From Eledone cirrhosa (taxonomy: Eukaryota), in contig OZ024741.1 in the NCBI GenBank assembly GCA_964016885.1, forward strand, positions 303,118,001-303,182,000: a DNA stretch of 64,000 nt. The letters run 5' to 3'. Below are positions 40,651 to 54,066 of the stretch, piece by piece (positions within the stretch are counted from its first letter, which is position 1; every line of letters begins with the position of its first letter). The notes under the pieces were generated by a model, which was given only the letters and a program-made list of their open reading frames with translations, was not told where the DNA came from and ran no database searches. The translations under genes were made by a program, and so were the position numbers.

Positions 40651-41235
40651 CGTTTGTTGATGTGTTGTGCATGTATATATAATTACAAACATACCAATCT
40701 GAAGTTGTGTATGCTTTCTGTGTATTAATTATTTCGTTTACTTCCATTTGTTTTTGTTTTTTAATGATTTAATCAAAAACACCTGAAGTAAACGAAACAA
40801 AAAAAAAGGAAAGGAAATTGTTTTGTCATATGTACACTATTGATTGTGTTATGTTAACACAGATCATGTCTTTAAAACAAAGAGGTCCATGTGGTAATAA
40901 TTTGCAGTTCATCATCATCATAATCATCATTATTATCATCATTATAATTATTATTTCCTCATTCTCCTCCATCTTCTTCTCTTCCAGAACCTCCACATCA
41001 TCAACATTTTCATGATTTTGTTTATATCTGTCATGTCCAAAAGCGAACAGTTCCAACTTCACAACCTTTCCACGTGTCTTTCCTCATGTCGGTTTTTGAT
41101 GAACAAGGTACATACTGTAAATAAAGAAAGAAATGGTTAATACAAATGCTTGAATTTGGACCTATACATAGATAATATACCAAGAAAAATAACACACACA
41201 CATATACATATAACCACACAGACACATATATCATA

Positions 41236-41239
<4 letters not shown>

Positions 41240-41272
<33 letters not shown>

Positions 41273-41318
41273 ATATATATATATATACAATATATATATA
41301 CAATATATATATATATAT

Positions 41319-41366
<48 letters not shown>

Positions 41367-41399
41367 ATATATATATATATACAATATATATATATATAT

Positions 41400-41455
<56 letters not shown>

Positions 41456-41612
41456 ATATATATATACAATATATATATACAATATATATATACAATATAT
41501 ATATACAATATATATATACAATATATATATACAATATATATATACAATATATATATAATATATATATACAATATATATATAATATATATATATATATACA
41601 ATATATATATAC

Positions 41613-41704
<92 letters not shown>

Positions 41705-41750
41705 ATATATATATATATATATATATACAATATATATATATATATATACA

Positions 41751-41781
<31 letters not shown>

Positions 41782-41846
41782 ATATATATATATATATATA
41801 TACATATACAATATATATATATATATATATACAATATATATATATA
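41240..41846. repeat. About 600-bp (TA)n tract punctuated by CAA
   Basis: Direct inspection. Confidence 0.95.
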
Positions 41847-42029
41847 CATGCAAAAAGTGATCGGAAACAATAACGCAAACATCGCAGTGCAATGAAAAAA
41901 TAAATTAGTTTAACGCTTGATATAGTAGGAAAAGGGTCTTAACGCTTCGGACACTAGTCCTTTATTAGAAGAAAGAATAAGAAATAAAAGATGAAATAGA
42001 AAGATAGAAAATGCACATGTGAAACATTT

Positions 42030-43000
42030 GTGCAAAAACTATTGCCCAAACATTTGACTGTGGAGCTAAAAGCTAACTGGTTGGAAATTTGTCAGGATTT
42101 GTTAGAAAGACTTAAAATTGATCCAAAGATTTGAATGAAATTATAGCAGAAGATGAATGATGTTTGAATCCGATCCGGAGACAAAATGGTGAAATGAGGA
42201 GTGGCACACGAAACTTCTCATCGTCCAAATAAAGCACACATCAGCAGGTGAAAAATCATTTTTTCGACAGGACAGACAGTTAATCTCACCCTCTACAAAA
42301 ATATATTGGAACGACTTCGGTTGGTTTTCTGCTAGCCAGTGTAGTATGCATATTGATATTATACGCAAGTATATATACATGTAGATATGATACATCAAAT
42401 AAAATCGTAATTGACAATATACACAGAAATTGAACGAAGCCTGCGTTACACTGTCTTATGTAATCAGTAACGTAATCCATTGACGGAAATATATGACTGT
42501 TTATTTAAGCGATCGCTAGCCGGACGTGTTAATATTTGAAAATTTTAAAGAAGTGAATCTTAAAATAAGCGACAAAATTATTTATATTTAATCAAGAATA
42601 ACGAAATTTAGTAGATAAATTATGTAATATTCATTAATTATTTATTCAAAGTAATCCAACTTATTTTACAAACGGGACGCTGCCCCGCACTCCTCCCTTT
42701 ATTATAGTTTAGATTGCGGCTCACATAGCACTTTCAAATAAAGTATTTCTGGCAAAGGAAAACATTCCCACTCTTTCACATACTCCCTACAGCTCAGATC
42801 TAGCTCTATGTGATTTCTACCTTTGTCCTAAGTTGAAATCGAAGTTGAATGCTCATCATTTTGGGACTGTAGAAAACACAAAAAATTGTGACCAAGGACA
42901 CACAGAGAAAATGGCTTCCGGAGCAGCTACGACGATCAATGGAAAAACCGTTGGAACCACTGTGTTTGTATTTGGAAGGAGATAACTTTTAATTTCATGT
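42030..43000 (+). pseudogene. Mariner (Tc1/mariner) transposase relic, interrupted
   Basis: KLLPKHLT..EICQDLLER..EIIAEDE..FESDPETK (42047-42250) and IPTLSHTPYSSDLALCDFYLCPKLKSKL (about 42760-42850), matching the WVPHEL, TGDE and YSPDLAP.DF motifs. Confidence 0.8.
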
Positions 43001-43034
43001 ACATCTAATATACATTTAAATAAAACATCAGCGC

Positions 43035-43091
<57 letters not shown>

Positions 43092-43179
43092 GTTTCTACT
43101 TTAGGCACAAGGTCAGCAATTACCCAGTGCATTACTGGTACTTTATTTTATCGACCTCGTAAGGATGAAAGGCAAAGTG

Positions 43180-43490
43180 GTAGCTAAGATGCTTCTATAG
43201 GTGGTATGCCGGTTGAGCACTCTATGCTCCTACGGAGCAGAGTATATGATAGAATGGAAAACGAAAAATCAGTGATGCATCGGAACTCAATTTATTGCGT
43301 GTTACAATTGTAACGCGCAATAAATTGAGTTCCGATGCATCACTGATTTTATATATATATGTATAGTATAAATAAAGTTGCCTTTTACATGTATATGCGG
43401 TGTTTCATTGGTTTCGGGGTCCAGTTATGGTCACCAGTGTACCCCGAAACCAATGGTAGCACATACATGTTAAGTGTATGAAACTTTATA
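43180..43490. repeat. Two adjacent TA-flanked hairpins
   Basis: 43265-43350 is a loopless palindrome with one mismatch; 43371-43490 is an imperfect hairpin (cattggtttcgggg / ccccgaaaccaatg). Confidence 0.85.
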
Positions 43491-45483
43491 CTAAATAAGC
43501 TCTCTCGCAATAGATTGAGCATTGTTTTCCTTGGCCCTTTATCTACGGATACCCCCCCCCCCCCACATATATATATATTATATATATATGATATAGAGAA
43601 AGAGAGCTATCCGACAGAATATCAAATAGGTGTTAAAGGACAATAACTGTGAAATTATTCATATCATTTTGTGGCAGCAATGAATGGGAAGGAGACGATG
43701 ACAAACGACTAGCTATAGTGATGACGGAAGTAAGGAAAGTAGGCACGTGTTCACGTTAACCAATCCTGCCACCTGCATGGTCTGCTAGTTGTTAGCGTTT
43801 GTATACATATATAGTCACACAGAGTCAGCTTATTTTTGACACGAGAAGTTCTGAGACACGAGAAGCGTGTCGATGTGTGAGATGATTGCGTCTAATTTTG
43901 ACGGGCATATATTTATAATAAATCTCAACTGCCATTACTATATAAAAATAATGTTGTTAACGTCAATGTGAATGTCATTGGAGCAAAGCAAGATCAGCTA
44001 GTAAAGTGAATATGCTCTGAAAATCTAGACTATAATAAGGTGCTCTTTTCTTCATTTTGAGCTCGAAAAAAATAGTACCAGTTCAATACTGGACCCGATT
44101 CTGTCGTTTTATCCCTTTTTTCACTTTCTCTTTTGGAGATTTGGAGAGAGGATAGAGCTGAATGCTCAAGCCACAGAGCTAAACGACCTCTGATAACTAT
44201 TCCGTCTAAATTAGAAGCTTTGTATGTTAACACATTCTATTCCGTCTATAGTTTTTCTTTTTTACCTAATTTTCAAAACCTTTTTTTAAAACTTAATATT
44301 TATAGCAATCGACTATTTGCTTCAATTCGAATTTCAAACCTATCCGACACCTTCGATATTTACATATATAGAATGTATTATATTACAATTTGATATACAT
44401 ATGCATAATATATATATATGTGTGTGTGTGTCTGTGTGTGTGCGTGTGATTATTGTCTCCTATGAACCAGAGCTTTTTGAATGCTGATGCTTAGCTTCAT
44501 TCTCCGGTTGTTTTTATGTTTTTTGTTTATCTACAGATCAGCATTAATCGAGCAGTTCTATGATCAATGGCGTTCCAGCCATGACTTAATGTGAATTTTT
44601 AGTCATAGTATATCTAGGATTACACTATTCAATGTCCCTCTTTTGATCTTCTGATGAGGATTTGAACGCGGTTCGAAGGAAGCTGGGGTTTATGTAACGG
44701 CTTTCTAGTTACTTCGTAAAATGAGTAGGAGGTGACTTTTCATCTGGATATGATGTCAGTGTTTCAGATCTTGCCAAACATTACCATGACCCGGTATAAT
44801 TCTCGACAATAGGTAAACATATAACGAAGCAGTTGCTGTAGAACTAAAGGCTTGATGAACAAGCATGCGATCAAACACTTTGTCCGCTTCTACCTATAGC
44901 ATTTAGCATTTAAATTAGCATTTAAACCGGCCATATCCGGCTAGAATACTCTCACCTCTGTTCAAACTGGCCATAACCGGCCACTCATACTTATGTTATA
45001 GTATTCTCAAAATAAATAATATCAAAATCTCATAGATTCGATATTATATGAGATAAAGCCTTTACTGTCAAAATACAATAGTAAAAATAGAGTAATGTAA
45101 ATGTTAAAGGGTTAAACATATCGATATGTAAATATGATTGTATCTAAGGTTGTCGAAACATTTTCTCTTATTTTAAGTGGGTGGAGAGTATAAGAGAGAT
45201 TATTTGGGAGAGAGAGACAGAGAGAGCCACGAGAAGGGATGGGTCTGACGCCTTTAGGTGTGTGTACTTGATGGCACAGCCTTCTCTCCCACTTTTCAGT
45301 GGTGCATCCTCAGATTTAGAAAAAAAATAGTGATATAGAAATAGTGATATGTTTATTCCGAAACTCCGCCTTAGAATTATTGTGAATTAAAGTGCCCACC
45401 CAGAATGTTCTGAAGCCCCCACCCAGTAACAAAGTCTGGTGACAGGCTTGAGAAGGGTGGAAATAAGAGAAGAGATTAATGAT

Positions 45484-45524
<41 letters not shown>

Positions 45525-46794
45525 GTAGATGGGAGTAGAGTGAGAGATGCTGAGATAGATAAGAGTATGAGGGAGAGGACTGTGTCATTTAGTCATAGTT
45601 ATATCGGGGGTGGTATTGAAGGTGATAGTAGAAATGATAGTAGTGGCAAAATGCTGGAAATAAAGTGTCAAATTTCTCTAGTATAGCCAAACTTTTATTA
45701 TTGTGAGTCCATCTGGAACAATTTGTACATGGTTCTACCTCAGTGAATTACAACTGATAGCAAATACAACGGAAGTAGTAAATAAGGAAGAAGAGATAGA
45801 CGCGTATCTCATGCAGTCAGTTGTTGATGTATGTGTGTACGCGTGTATCTGTATATGTGCGCGCGAGCGTAAGATGATGTGCTTAACTCTAAACGAACAA
45901 ACACATATTCTCTCTCTCCCTTTCATTCTCTCTCTCTCCCCCTCAACTCTCGCGAATACACACATATTAAGTTTAATGGGTCACTATAGAGTAGTAGTTC
46001 CCAGTCTTTTAACTTCGTGGCGCACTGAAGATCAAATAAAAATATAACTGATGCATGAAAAGCCAAAAAAAAAAAAATGATTTAAAAGGAAATTTTAGGG
46101 GAAAAAATACCAGAGAACATTTTTTTAAAAAATTTGTGTATAAAGGTGGCGAATTGGCAGAGTCGGTAGAACATTGGATAGAAAGAAGGCTTTGTGGTGT
46201 TCGTTCTGGCGCTCTGAGTTCAAATCCTGCCGACGTCTAGTATGTCTTTCATCCTTTCAAGGTACCAGTCAAGTAGTGAGTTGATTCTTACCCTGTGTTT
46301 CTTTTTCACTTCCACCCTCACTCTCTATTCTTCTCTGGAAGAAGTTGGCTGTACTCAGACTTGGAGAAGGGATGGGGGCTCCACCAGGTTTAAAGTGTCA
46401 TGACGATACCCCTACATTTCCATCAGAATTTACGAGTCCATACATTACATTTTTGTATTTTGTATAGAAAAAAGCACGTTTTCAAGGTACTCAAATATTA
46501 GTAGGGAATTTTCTAAAATTTTGAATTAAAAGAAAAAGAAAATCAGTGGTACACCTAGATATCTGTTGCACTGCAGGGTTTGAGACAACTATTATATAGA
46601 CATCTGTCAACAATAGATCAACATTGTTTATTTACTAAAACTTGTTTAACTCTTAATGTCCTGTACCGCATGAAACCTCATAGTAAATTATAGTTGCTTT
46701 CTAAGGATTCAAACTATAAATAGGAATTCACAATGTTCGTCACAAGTATGAACATACACTCTTGACAGGTGCAATGTGTCCGATCACGGAAGAG

Positions 46795-46950
46795 TCGAAC
46801 TCCCACCGTCATCGCCCCCATCTCTCTGTATAGTGAGCAAATGAGGTCCCACGTGCTGGCCGCCCCGCAGCCCTGACGGACAGAATGGAGAGAGCGTTTC
46901 ATCGGAGGATGGTAAGGGAGGTGCGCTGGAAGAGCCATTCCGTTGCAGGA
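46795..46950 (-). mobile_element. CRE-like 3' end, short and diverged
   Basis: Homologous to 25228-25385. Confidence 0.6.
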
Positions 46951-47009
46951 CACTCTTGAAAAGTATAAAACAGCAATATGACAGTATCACATTAATAATT
47001 AAAGTCTCT

Positions 47010-47201
47010 GAGCGTCGGACAACATACTTCCCGGCATAGAGTTCGGCCTTTACATTTTGAGTTGAAAACTCGCCGAGGTTAGCTTTGCCTTTCATCCTTA
47101 CGGGGTAGATAAAATAAAGCACCAGTAATGCACTAGGGTCGATTTAATCAACTTTCCCCTCCCCCAAATTGCTGGACTTCTGCCTATAGTAGAAATCATT
47201 G
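47010..47201 (+). mobile_element. SINE-A with 15-bp TSD
   Basis: ataattaaagtctct at 46995-47009 and 47202-47216. Confidence 0.88.
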
Positions 47202-47269
47202 ATAATTAAAGTCTCTAGTTAGTTGCAATTTTCACAACGAACTGTTCATTAGTAAACATACTGTTAACA

Positions 47270-47950
47270 TCCACACATACTCACACAGAAAAACGAACAG
47301 ACACAAACATACACACTAACACACACAAATAATATGTAGATCGAAGACACTCACACACTGATAATGCACCTGGACACACACCACCAGGAACAATATATCC
47401 ACATATCCACAAACAAAAAATAAAAAAAAAACATCCACGAGCAGACCCACATTATGCACCTTATCTGCACACATATACCAGCACCAATAATAGACCGAGA
47501 TGCTCCCCACCCTCACATGCCGGAATTCTTACACCCCCACTTGCCTGCTCACCTCATCCATCCTAATAAACCTTTCAATGTTATATACAGGGTGTCCCCA
47601 AAAAACGTATACACACTTTGAGTACCTGCACAGGCAATATTTATTAGAATGCTGTTGAAGTGTTTGGGGGACACTGTATATACAGTTGTAAGTATCCTGG
47701 TACAGGAAAGTGGAGTAAAAAGAGGAAATGTGTGACGTCCGAACGAGTATCCTCCACTTAGCTTTCACTCCACACCTTGGTCCCGGCCGACAAGATGGAG
47801 AATCTTTTATTTTCCTTCAATAATCCAATCTAAGCTCTTTCTCCTAAATCTACTCTTTCCTGATGAAAGATTAACACCAGATACGTTGAGAGATTATTTT
47901 CCTTTCCCCACAGACGTGAAACTAATGAGACTGAGCATTCGTTCTCTGTG
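47270..47950 (+). mobile_element. PLE-like 3' UTR ending in a degenerate hammerhead; homologous to 57620-58210
   Basis: Shared cataccagcac..cacttgcct.ctcacctca and tctttcctgatgaa..acgttgaga..tttcccaca..gtgaaact. Confidence 0.55.
47586..47678. mobile_element. Tc1/mariner-type MITE remnant
   Basis: ta cagggtgtcccc ... ggggacactg ta: TA-flanked imperfect TIRs. Confidence 0.55.
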
Positions 47951-48004
47951 TTTGTTTGTTAGTCTTCAACTATACAGAAAACAATCACACAGGCACACAC
48001 ACAC

Positions 48005-48097
<93 letters not shown>

Positions 48098-48099
48098 GA

Positions 48100-48304
48100 T
48101 ATGTGTATCCCGGGTTCATCGAGGGGGGGGGGGTAACCACAGCAAGTAAGGTACTCAATACATAGCAAAGTATAAATATTTAATATAGAAATGGCTTCTA
48201 CAGGACTAGAACTGTTTCATTCGAAGGAAATCATCGGCAAAGCCCTTTGCCGATGATTTCCTTCGAATGAAACAGTTCTAGTCCTGTAGAAGCCATTTCT
48301 ATAT
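48100..48304. mobile_element. Fold-back family F2, perfect 60-bp arms, with tail
   Basis: 48183-48242 is the reverse complement of 48245-48304; the arm has the hammerhead-like CCGATGA..GAAACAGTTC. Confidence 0.9.
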
Positions 48305-48679
48305 ATAATATAGCTATATATAATACAATGCGAGGTGGTTCAAAGTACTCAATACTAGAGGCTGGTAGTGTAATTGGTTAATTGATAGTTCTATTGAGTA
48401 AAACCACACATGTGTGTTCTGAGGGAATAGGTACACTGCTCATGCATTTATAAATGTGCACAAAATTCTTTATTACACGTTCACATGCAAAACACATATT
48501 GCACTCGCTTGCGTGTGTATGTATGAAATTAATTTGGTCGTATCCCAGCGTGAAGAGCCTATCTATACAAACTTTACATATCCAGATCACTACATGCTTA
48601 AGTATATGAGTTGTGTGCGAATGCGTGTTATCATCATCATCATCATCATCAACATAATCCTCATCGCCGTCATCATCAT

Positions 48680-48830
48680 CATCATCACTACTCTATAATG
48701 TACGTTTTTCCATGCTTTTGAGCTGGTCTTTTCTGATACAACTTTACTATATTCTTTTCCTCGTCATCTCTGCGAGTTTCAGCGATTTGAGATCAGCTCT
48801 CACCACCTCTGTCCAGTGTGTCTATTCATT
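48680..48830 (-). mobile_element. LINE (RTE-like) extreme 3' end with (GAT)n tail
   Basis: Minus strand WTEVVRADLKSL, then gcatggaaaaacgtacatt and gatgatgat. Confidence 0.5.
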
Positions 48831-49368
48831 GGTATGCGTGTGTGTGTGTATCTGTGTGTATGTGTGTGTGTGTGTGTGTGTGTGAAGCATTCTTCATATG
48901 ACCCACTGCCTCTGATCCCGTCATTGACGCTATATTTCCTCAGCTGCGCCTCGACGGGGTGAAGGGTGTTTGTATTTCAAACATGTTCACAGTATGGTGA
49001 AGGAGGGTTTGTGGGTTGTTATTGTTGCTGCTATTGGGGGTTCGGAATGGCAATATTTAAATGTTGTTGTGAAAGAAGTGGAAGGCGTGGTGGGAGGTAG
49101 TTACTTATGATTTTAAAAGAATCTTCGTGTATGTGTGCGTGCATGTGTGTGTGTGTATGTGTATGTGTGTGTGTGTGTGTATGTGCATGTGCATGTATAT
49201 GTGTGTCTGGCTACGTATCGTTATGAAAGCTACACCCACTCCTTCAAATATTTATAATTAGAGATAAGCACAAAAGAAACTCCAAAAGAAAGAAGGAAAG
49301 AAATTACTGTCAGACTGATTGTGGAATTATTACATCAGCAGGAACCTGTTACTCGGACACACACACAC

Positions 49369-49406
<38 letters not shown>

Positions 49407-49417
49407 CATACACACAC

Positions 49418-49470
<53 letters not shown>

Positions 49471-49492
49471 ATGTATGTATATACATATATAT

Positions 49493-49548
<56 letters not shown>

Positions 49549-49737
49549 ATAAATTTGGATTGAGGAAGGAGAGGCTGTGTGGTTACTGATAACGAGTGTT
49601 AGAAGGTAAGGCGACACAAACAAGAGATGGACAGTTTCCATATACATATATATATATATATATATAAAAACAAATAACGAAACGAAATTAAATTTCGTTT
49701 CGTTTGTAACTCACTTTTGTATGACTGACGCTTAAAC

Positions 49738-50229
49738 AATTAAGTTAAAAATGTACATCCACATATGTATACTGAAATACTAGTATGCATATGAATACAC
49801 ACACGTATACATATGTAGATGTACCAAGTCTTTCACTGGTCACTTTACTGGTTACTTTACTGGTTACTCACACTCTATGCAAATTAGTCTGCCCACTACT
49901 AATTTTCATAGAAAAAGCATATAACGATATGTGCTTTTACGATTCTCCAGAAAGGCCGGTAGATAGGTAAATATTGCTGATGAGTTGTAACAACAACGAA
50001 ACTAGTTCAATATTCCTTGTCTAGCTTTCTGGAGAATAGAGGAAAGGTGTTTCCTCAAAAACCAGTATGACTCTAAAAACCGGTTTGTCTGTGTGTTTAC
50101 ATACAGAATAGCTGGATACTCACAGTAAAGTAACCAGTGAAAGACTTGGTACATCTACATATGTATACGTGTGTGTATTCATATGCATACTAGTATTTCA
50201 GTATACATATATGGATGTACATTTTTAAC

Positions 50230-50235
<6 letters not shown>
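49738..50235. mobile_element. Inverted-repeat module (arms 49738-49850 / 50123-50235) with an internal hammerhead
   Basis: 113-bp arms with 2 mismatches; TA-flanked. Confidence 0.88.
49970..50014 (+). ncRNA. Canonical minimal type I hammerhead ribozyme
   Basis: aatattg CTGATGA gttgt aaca acaac GAAA ctag T T caatatt: 7-bp stem I, 5-bp stem II, palindromic stem III ACUAGU, GUU cleavage triplet (cut after 50007). Confidence 0.88.
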
Positions 50236-50279
<44 letters not shown>

Positions 50280-50424
50280 CTTTGCCATTTCTCGTCGACT
50301 GGTTGGGGTCATGCTGAGACACCGGCATTGTCACTACATTTTCTATAGCCATCTTTCCTTGGCTGGTCATTGACGTATGAAGGAGCTCGATGCTGCCGCC
50401 CTCATTGCTAGTTCTTAGTTAGTT

Positions 50425-50566
50425 CATCAAAGCTCTTTCGTCACACGTTCTGTGACCTCTTCAATGGCACTTGCTCTTATTCTTCTCTTAATCTGTTTAC
50501 TCCATTTTGTCTCCTTGTCAGAAAGACAAGATGGAGTAAGCGGATTAAGACCAAAAAGAAGAGGCG
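50425..50566. mobile_element. Hammerhead-like motif (-) followed by an imperfect hairpin
   Basis: Minus strand TTGAAGA ggtcaca gaacg tgtgac GAAA gagct TT, same family as 5759; hairpin about 50473-50565. Confidence 0.6.
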
Positions 50567-50657
50567 CTTTAACGAACTAAGTAATAATAAAGCAGAAATG
50601 AAAATCGAATAGCGCCTGTGTTTTTATTGTCAAAATGACCATTCCTAAATATAACAA

Positions 50658-50759
<102 letters not shown>

Positions 50760-50887
50760 CAATGCAATTTATCAAAGTCACATTTGTACGATGGGCAACA
50801 CGAGTCGATTTATCTGACTTAGTCCCATCAACACGCAATAATACAGGAAATGAATTCATTGTTTCAGAGAGGCTATTAGTATATATA

Positions 50888-51072
50888 ATTGTTGCTACTT
50901 TTGGCATAAGGCCAGCAATTACCCAGTGTATTACTGGTACTTTATTTTAGCGACCCACGTAAGGATGAAAGGCAAAGTTAACCTTGGCGGGATTTGAACT
51001 CTGAATGGCAAGGGCCGTAACTCTATGCGTCAAAGCATGGCGTCCGACCCTCTACCGATACTGCCAATCCAC
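50888..51072 (-). mobile_element. SINE-A copy
   Basis: Consensus match; flanked by atatataat on both sides. Confidence 0.85.
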
Positions 51073-51719
51073 ATATATAATGGCTGACTAAACGGAAACA
51101 TGCTGCCCCCCCCCCCCCCAAATCTATATATTATTTCCGTTTTTTCCTCTTCTCATTCTTATCTGACTTTCTAATGCCGACTTCATTTCTCATTCTTTCT
51201 TCCGAAGAAAGACTAAGGTGCGAAACGTTAGACTCTTTTCCTACTATATCAAACGTTAAACTATAATATGTCTTCATTGTACTGTATCATTTGCTGTGTT
51301 ATTTTCCGTTTACCTTTCGCCTACCTACCTACCTATCTATGTATCTACCTAGAAATATCATTAAAAAAAATATGTGCAGAAATTTAGGAAACAGTAAACA
51401 AGGAAGAGACATGGACAACTCCTGCTCATCAGCTGCCTTTCTGGGGATCATAATAGTTTCGGATGCTTTATAAGACAGGACTATTCACCACCAGTGCATC
51501 AATAGAAACCACGGAGTTATCCATGGATAACTCAGGATGGTATATTATCTAGTATGTGTGTCTTATATTCTAGCACCATAGAAAAAAGATATGACAACAC
51601 AAATAAACTGGAAAAATAATATTTCTAAACATCTGAAATACTTTTACTTTTCTTCCTTTTCCTACTTTTCGAAGGAAAAAAAAACAAAACAAAAACAAAA
51701 CTTTCCTTGCTGAAATATG

Positions 51720-51882
51720 TAGATTGGCAGTATCGGTAGAGGGTCGTACGCTTTGGAGCATCCTTTATGATCTGAGTTCAAATCCAGCCGAGGTTAACTT
51801 TCCTTTCATCCTTACTGGGTCGATAAAATCAGTAATGCACTGCTGGTAATTGCTGGCCTTGTGCCAAAAGTAGAAACAATTA
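51720..51882 (+). mobile_element. SINE-A copy
   Basis: gattggcagtatcggtagagggtcg..gagttcaaatcc..tagaaacaatt. Confidence 0.8.
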
Positions 51883-52317
51883 TGATTATTTTTTCAATTC
51901 TCTTTTTCTTTTATTCCTCAAACACCATTCGTCATACCTCTCCCAACTTCATAATCACAAGACAAAATTGGGGGTAGAATGGAGGATTAAATCGACCTAA
52001 GTACTTGACTGCTAGTTATTTAATCGATTCCAAAGGGATAAAATGCAAAATTGACCTCAAAGGAATTAGAGTTGAGAACGTAAAAGACGAATACAAGGTA
52101 ATTCGTTTGACGCTTTAATTCTGTCGATCCATCATTCTCTTCCAACTTTAAATATGTAAAAACTAACAAACAAGTATTTTGAAACACAGTCAACCATTCA
52201 TTTTATCTTACCCCTACCCTCTCCTCCCAACAATAATCCAACCTCAAGTTAAGTATCTGGCACCTGAAGGCTTTGTTTAGATTTTCGGAAAATCAGGTTT
52301 AACACACACACAAACAC

Positions 52318-52378
<61 letters not shown>

Positions 52379-52395
52379 ATATATATATAGTGAAA

Positions 52396-52426
<31 letters not shown>

Positions 52427-52437
52427 GAGATATATAT

Positions 52438-52475
<38 letters not shown>

Positions 52476-53749
52476 TGTATATGCGTGGGGGGGGGAGTAT
52501 AAAATAAATAAAACTAATGAAAATAGTCAAAGTAAATAATAAGCAAATCAATAGAGAAATAAACTTCCTTCCAGTATGATGTGAGGTTGTGTGTATGAGG
52601 GTGGGGGTGGGGGGTGGGGTGTGTGTGAAACGTAGTGAAGACTGAGGGGCCGGGATATAAGACAGCAGACCTTGAAGGTTGAACACCTGAAGCAACAGAA
52701 GCCTGCCGTAAACCCAGCTTGGAAAACCAAAGGTGGTATTAGTAGTAGTAGTACTGATGGCGGTGGCAGTGGCAGTGATGTTAGAGAGAGACAGAGAATA
52801 CGATAGAGAGACAGAGAGAAAGAGGGAGCAAGACCAAATGGTCAGTAAGTGTTTGGTCGGAGATCAAAAGCGGGTAGTGACCATGTTTCTTGGTCAAACA
52901 TCAGATTTTCTCTCATGCTTTATTATTTTCTTGGTTTTCTCTTCCCCCCCCCGCTTCTTTCCTTCCTGTGAATAATATAAATATATATAGTTAATCTTTT
53001 TTTCTTCTCTCTCTGTCTTCTCCGTGTTCTCTCCCCCACTCTTTAACTATACCTCTCTCCCCCCACTCTTTAACTGCTCCTCCTTCTCCTTTCACGTCTA
53101 TAAACCTGCAACTCTATCCTCTAATCTACCACAATTCATCTCTTTTAAACTGTATCCAACATACAGTTTCCTTTCCTCTTTTTCATTTCTGACTGACTGT
53201 CACTCTACCTTTCCCTCCCTCATCACCTTCCCTCTCTTTGTCTCCCTGTCCCTCTCTCATTCTCTTCATTCACTATCCCTCTCAGCAGCCGAAGTTAACT
53301 TGGTCTTTCATCTTTCAGGGTTCAATAAAATAAAGTACCATTAAGGTACTGGGACTGGTATAATGAAAATTTCCCTCGGTCTTGTGCTTATGTTTTTGTA
53401 ACACTTTGTGGAGTTGTAGAGGCACTGTACTGACATACGACGTTTCTTATGTATTTTAATACCTGGCGGATCCCGTCTCCTCTCTAAGTCTGAACAAAGC
53501 AGATTTCTTCCAGAGAATGATAGAGAATGAGTAAGAGAAAGTGATAAAGAGATATCGAAGACGAATCTATCCCAGTACCAGACAGATGAAGCGAGAGAGT
53601 TCAAGACTACCCTCTGGACAAGACGCCATCCAACGCAATGTTAAACCCCCAGCTATTACTGGTACTCATTTTCAGCTGAGTTACTGGAGCAAAGCATTTG
53701 TCAGATGCTCTAACAATTCAGCCAATCCACTGCCCTCTCCTTGGGCTAA

Positions 53750-54034
53750 CTAATGGTTTCTGATTTAGGCACACGGCCAACAATTTGGGAGAAGGGAAAA
53801 GTCGATTAAATCAACCCTAGTGAGTAACTGGTACTTTATTTTATCGACCCCGTAAATCTGAAAGGCAAAGCTACCAGGAGCTAATTAATAACAAAAGCAC
53901 CAGCACCAACAACACGACTGCTGCCATTGTAGCTCTTCCACCACCAACTACATTGCCAACACCACCACTAGTAACAACAACAACACAGTTCTAACACCAC
54001 AACCGTTGCGACGACGGCGACGACAACCACCACC

Positions 54035-54066
<32 letters not shown>

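Noticed and set aside
41137-41892. 200-250-aa Ile/Tyr ORFs (also 11.8-13.2 kb and elsewhere)
   Set aside because: (TA)n translations.
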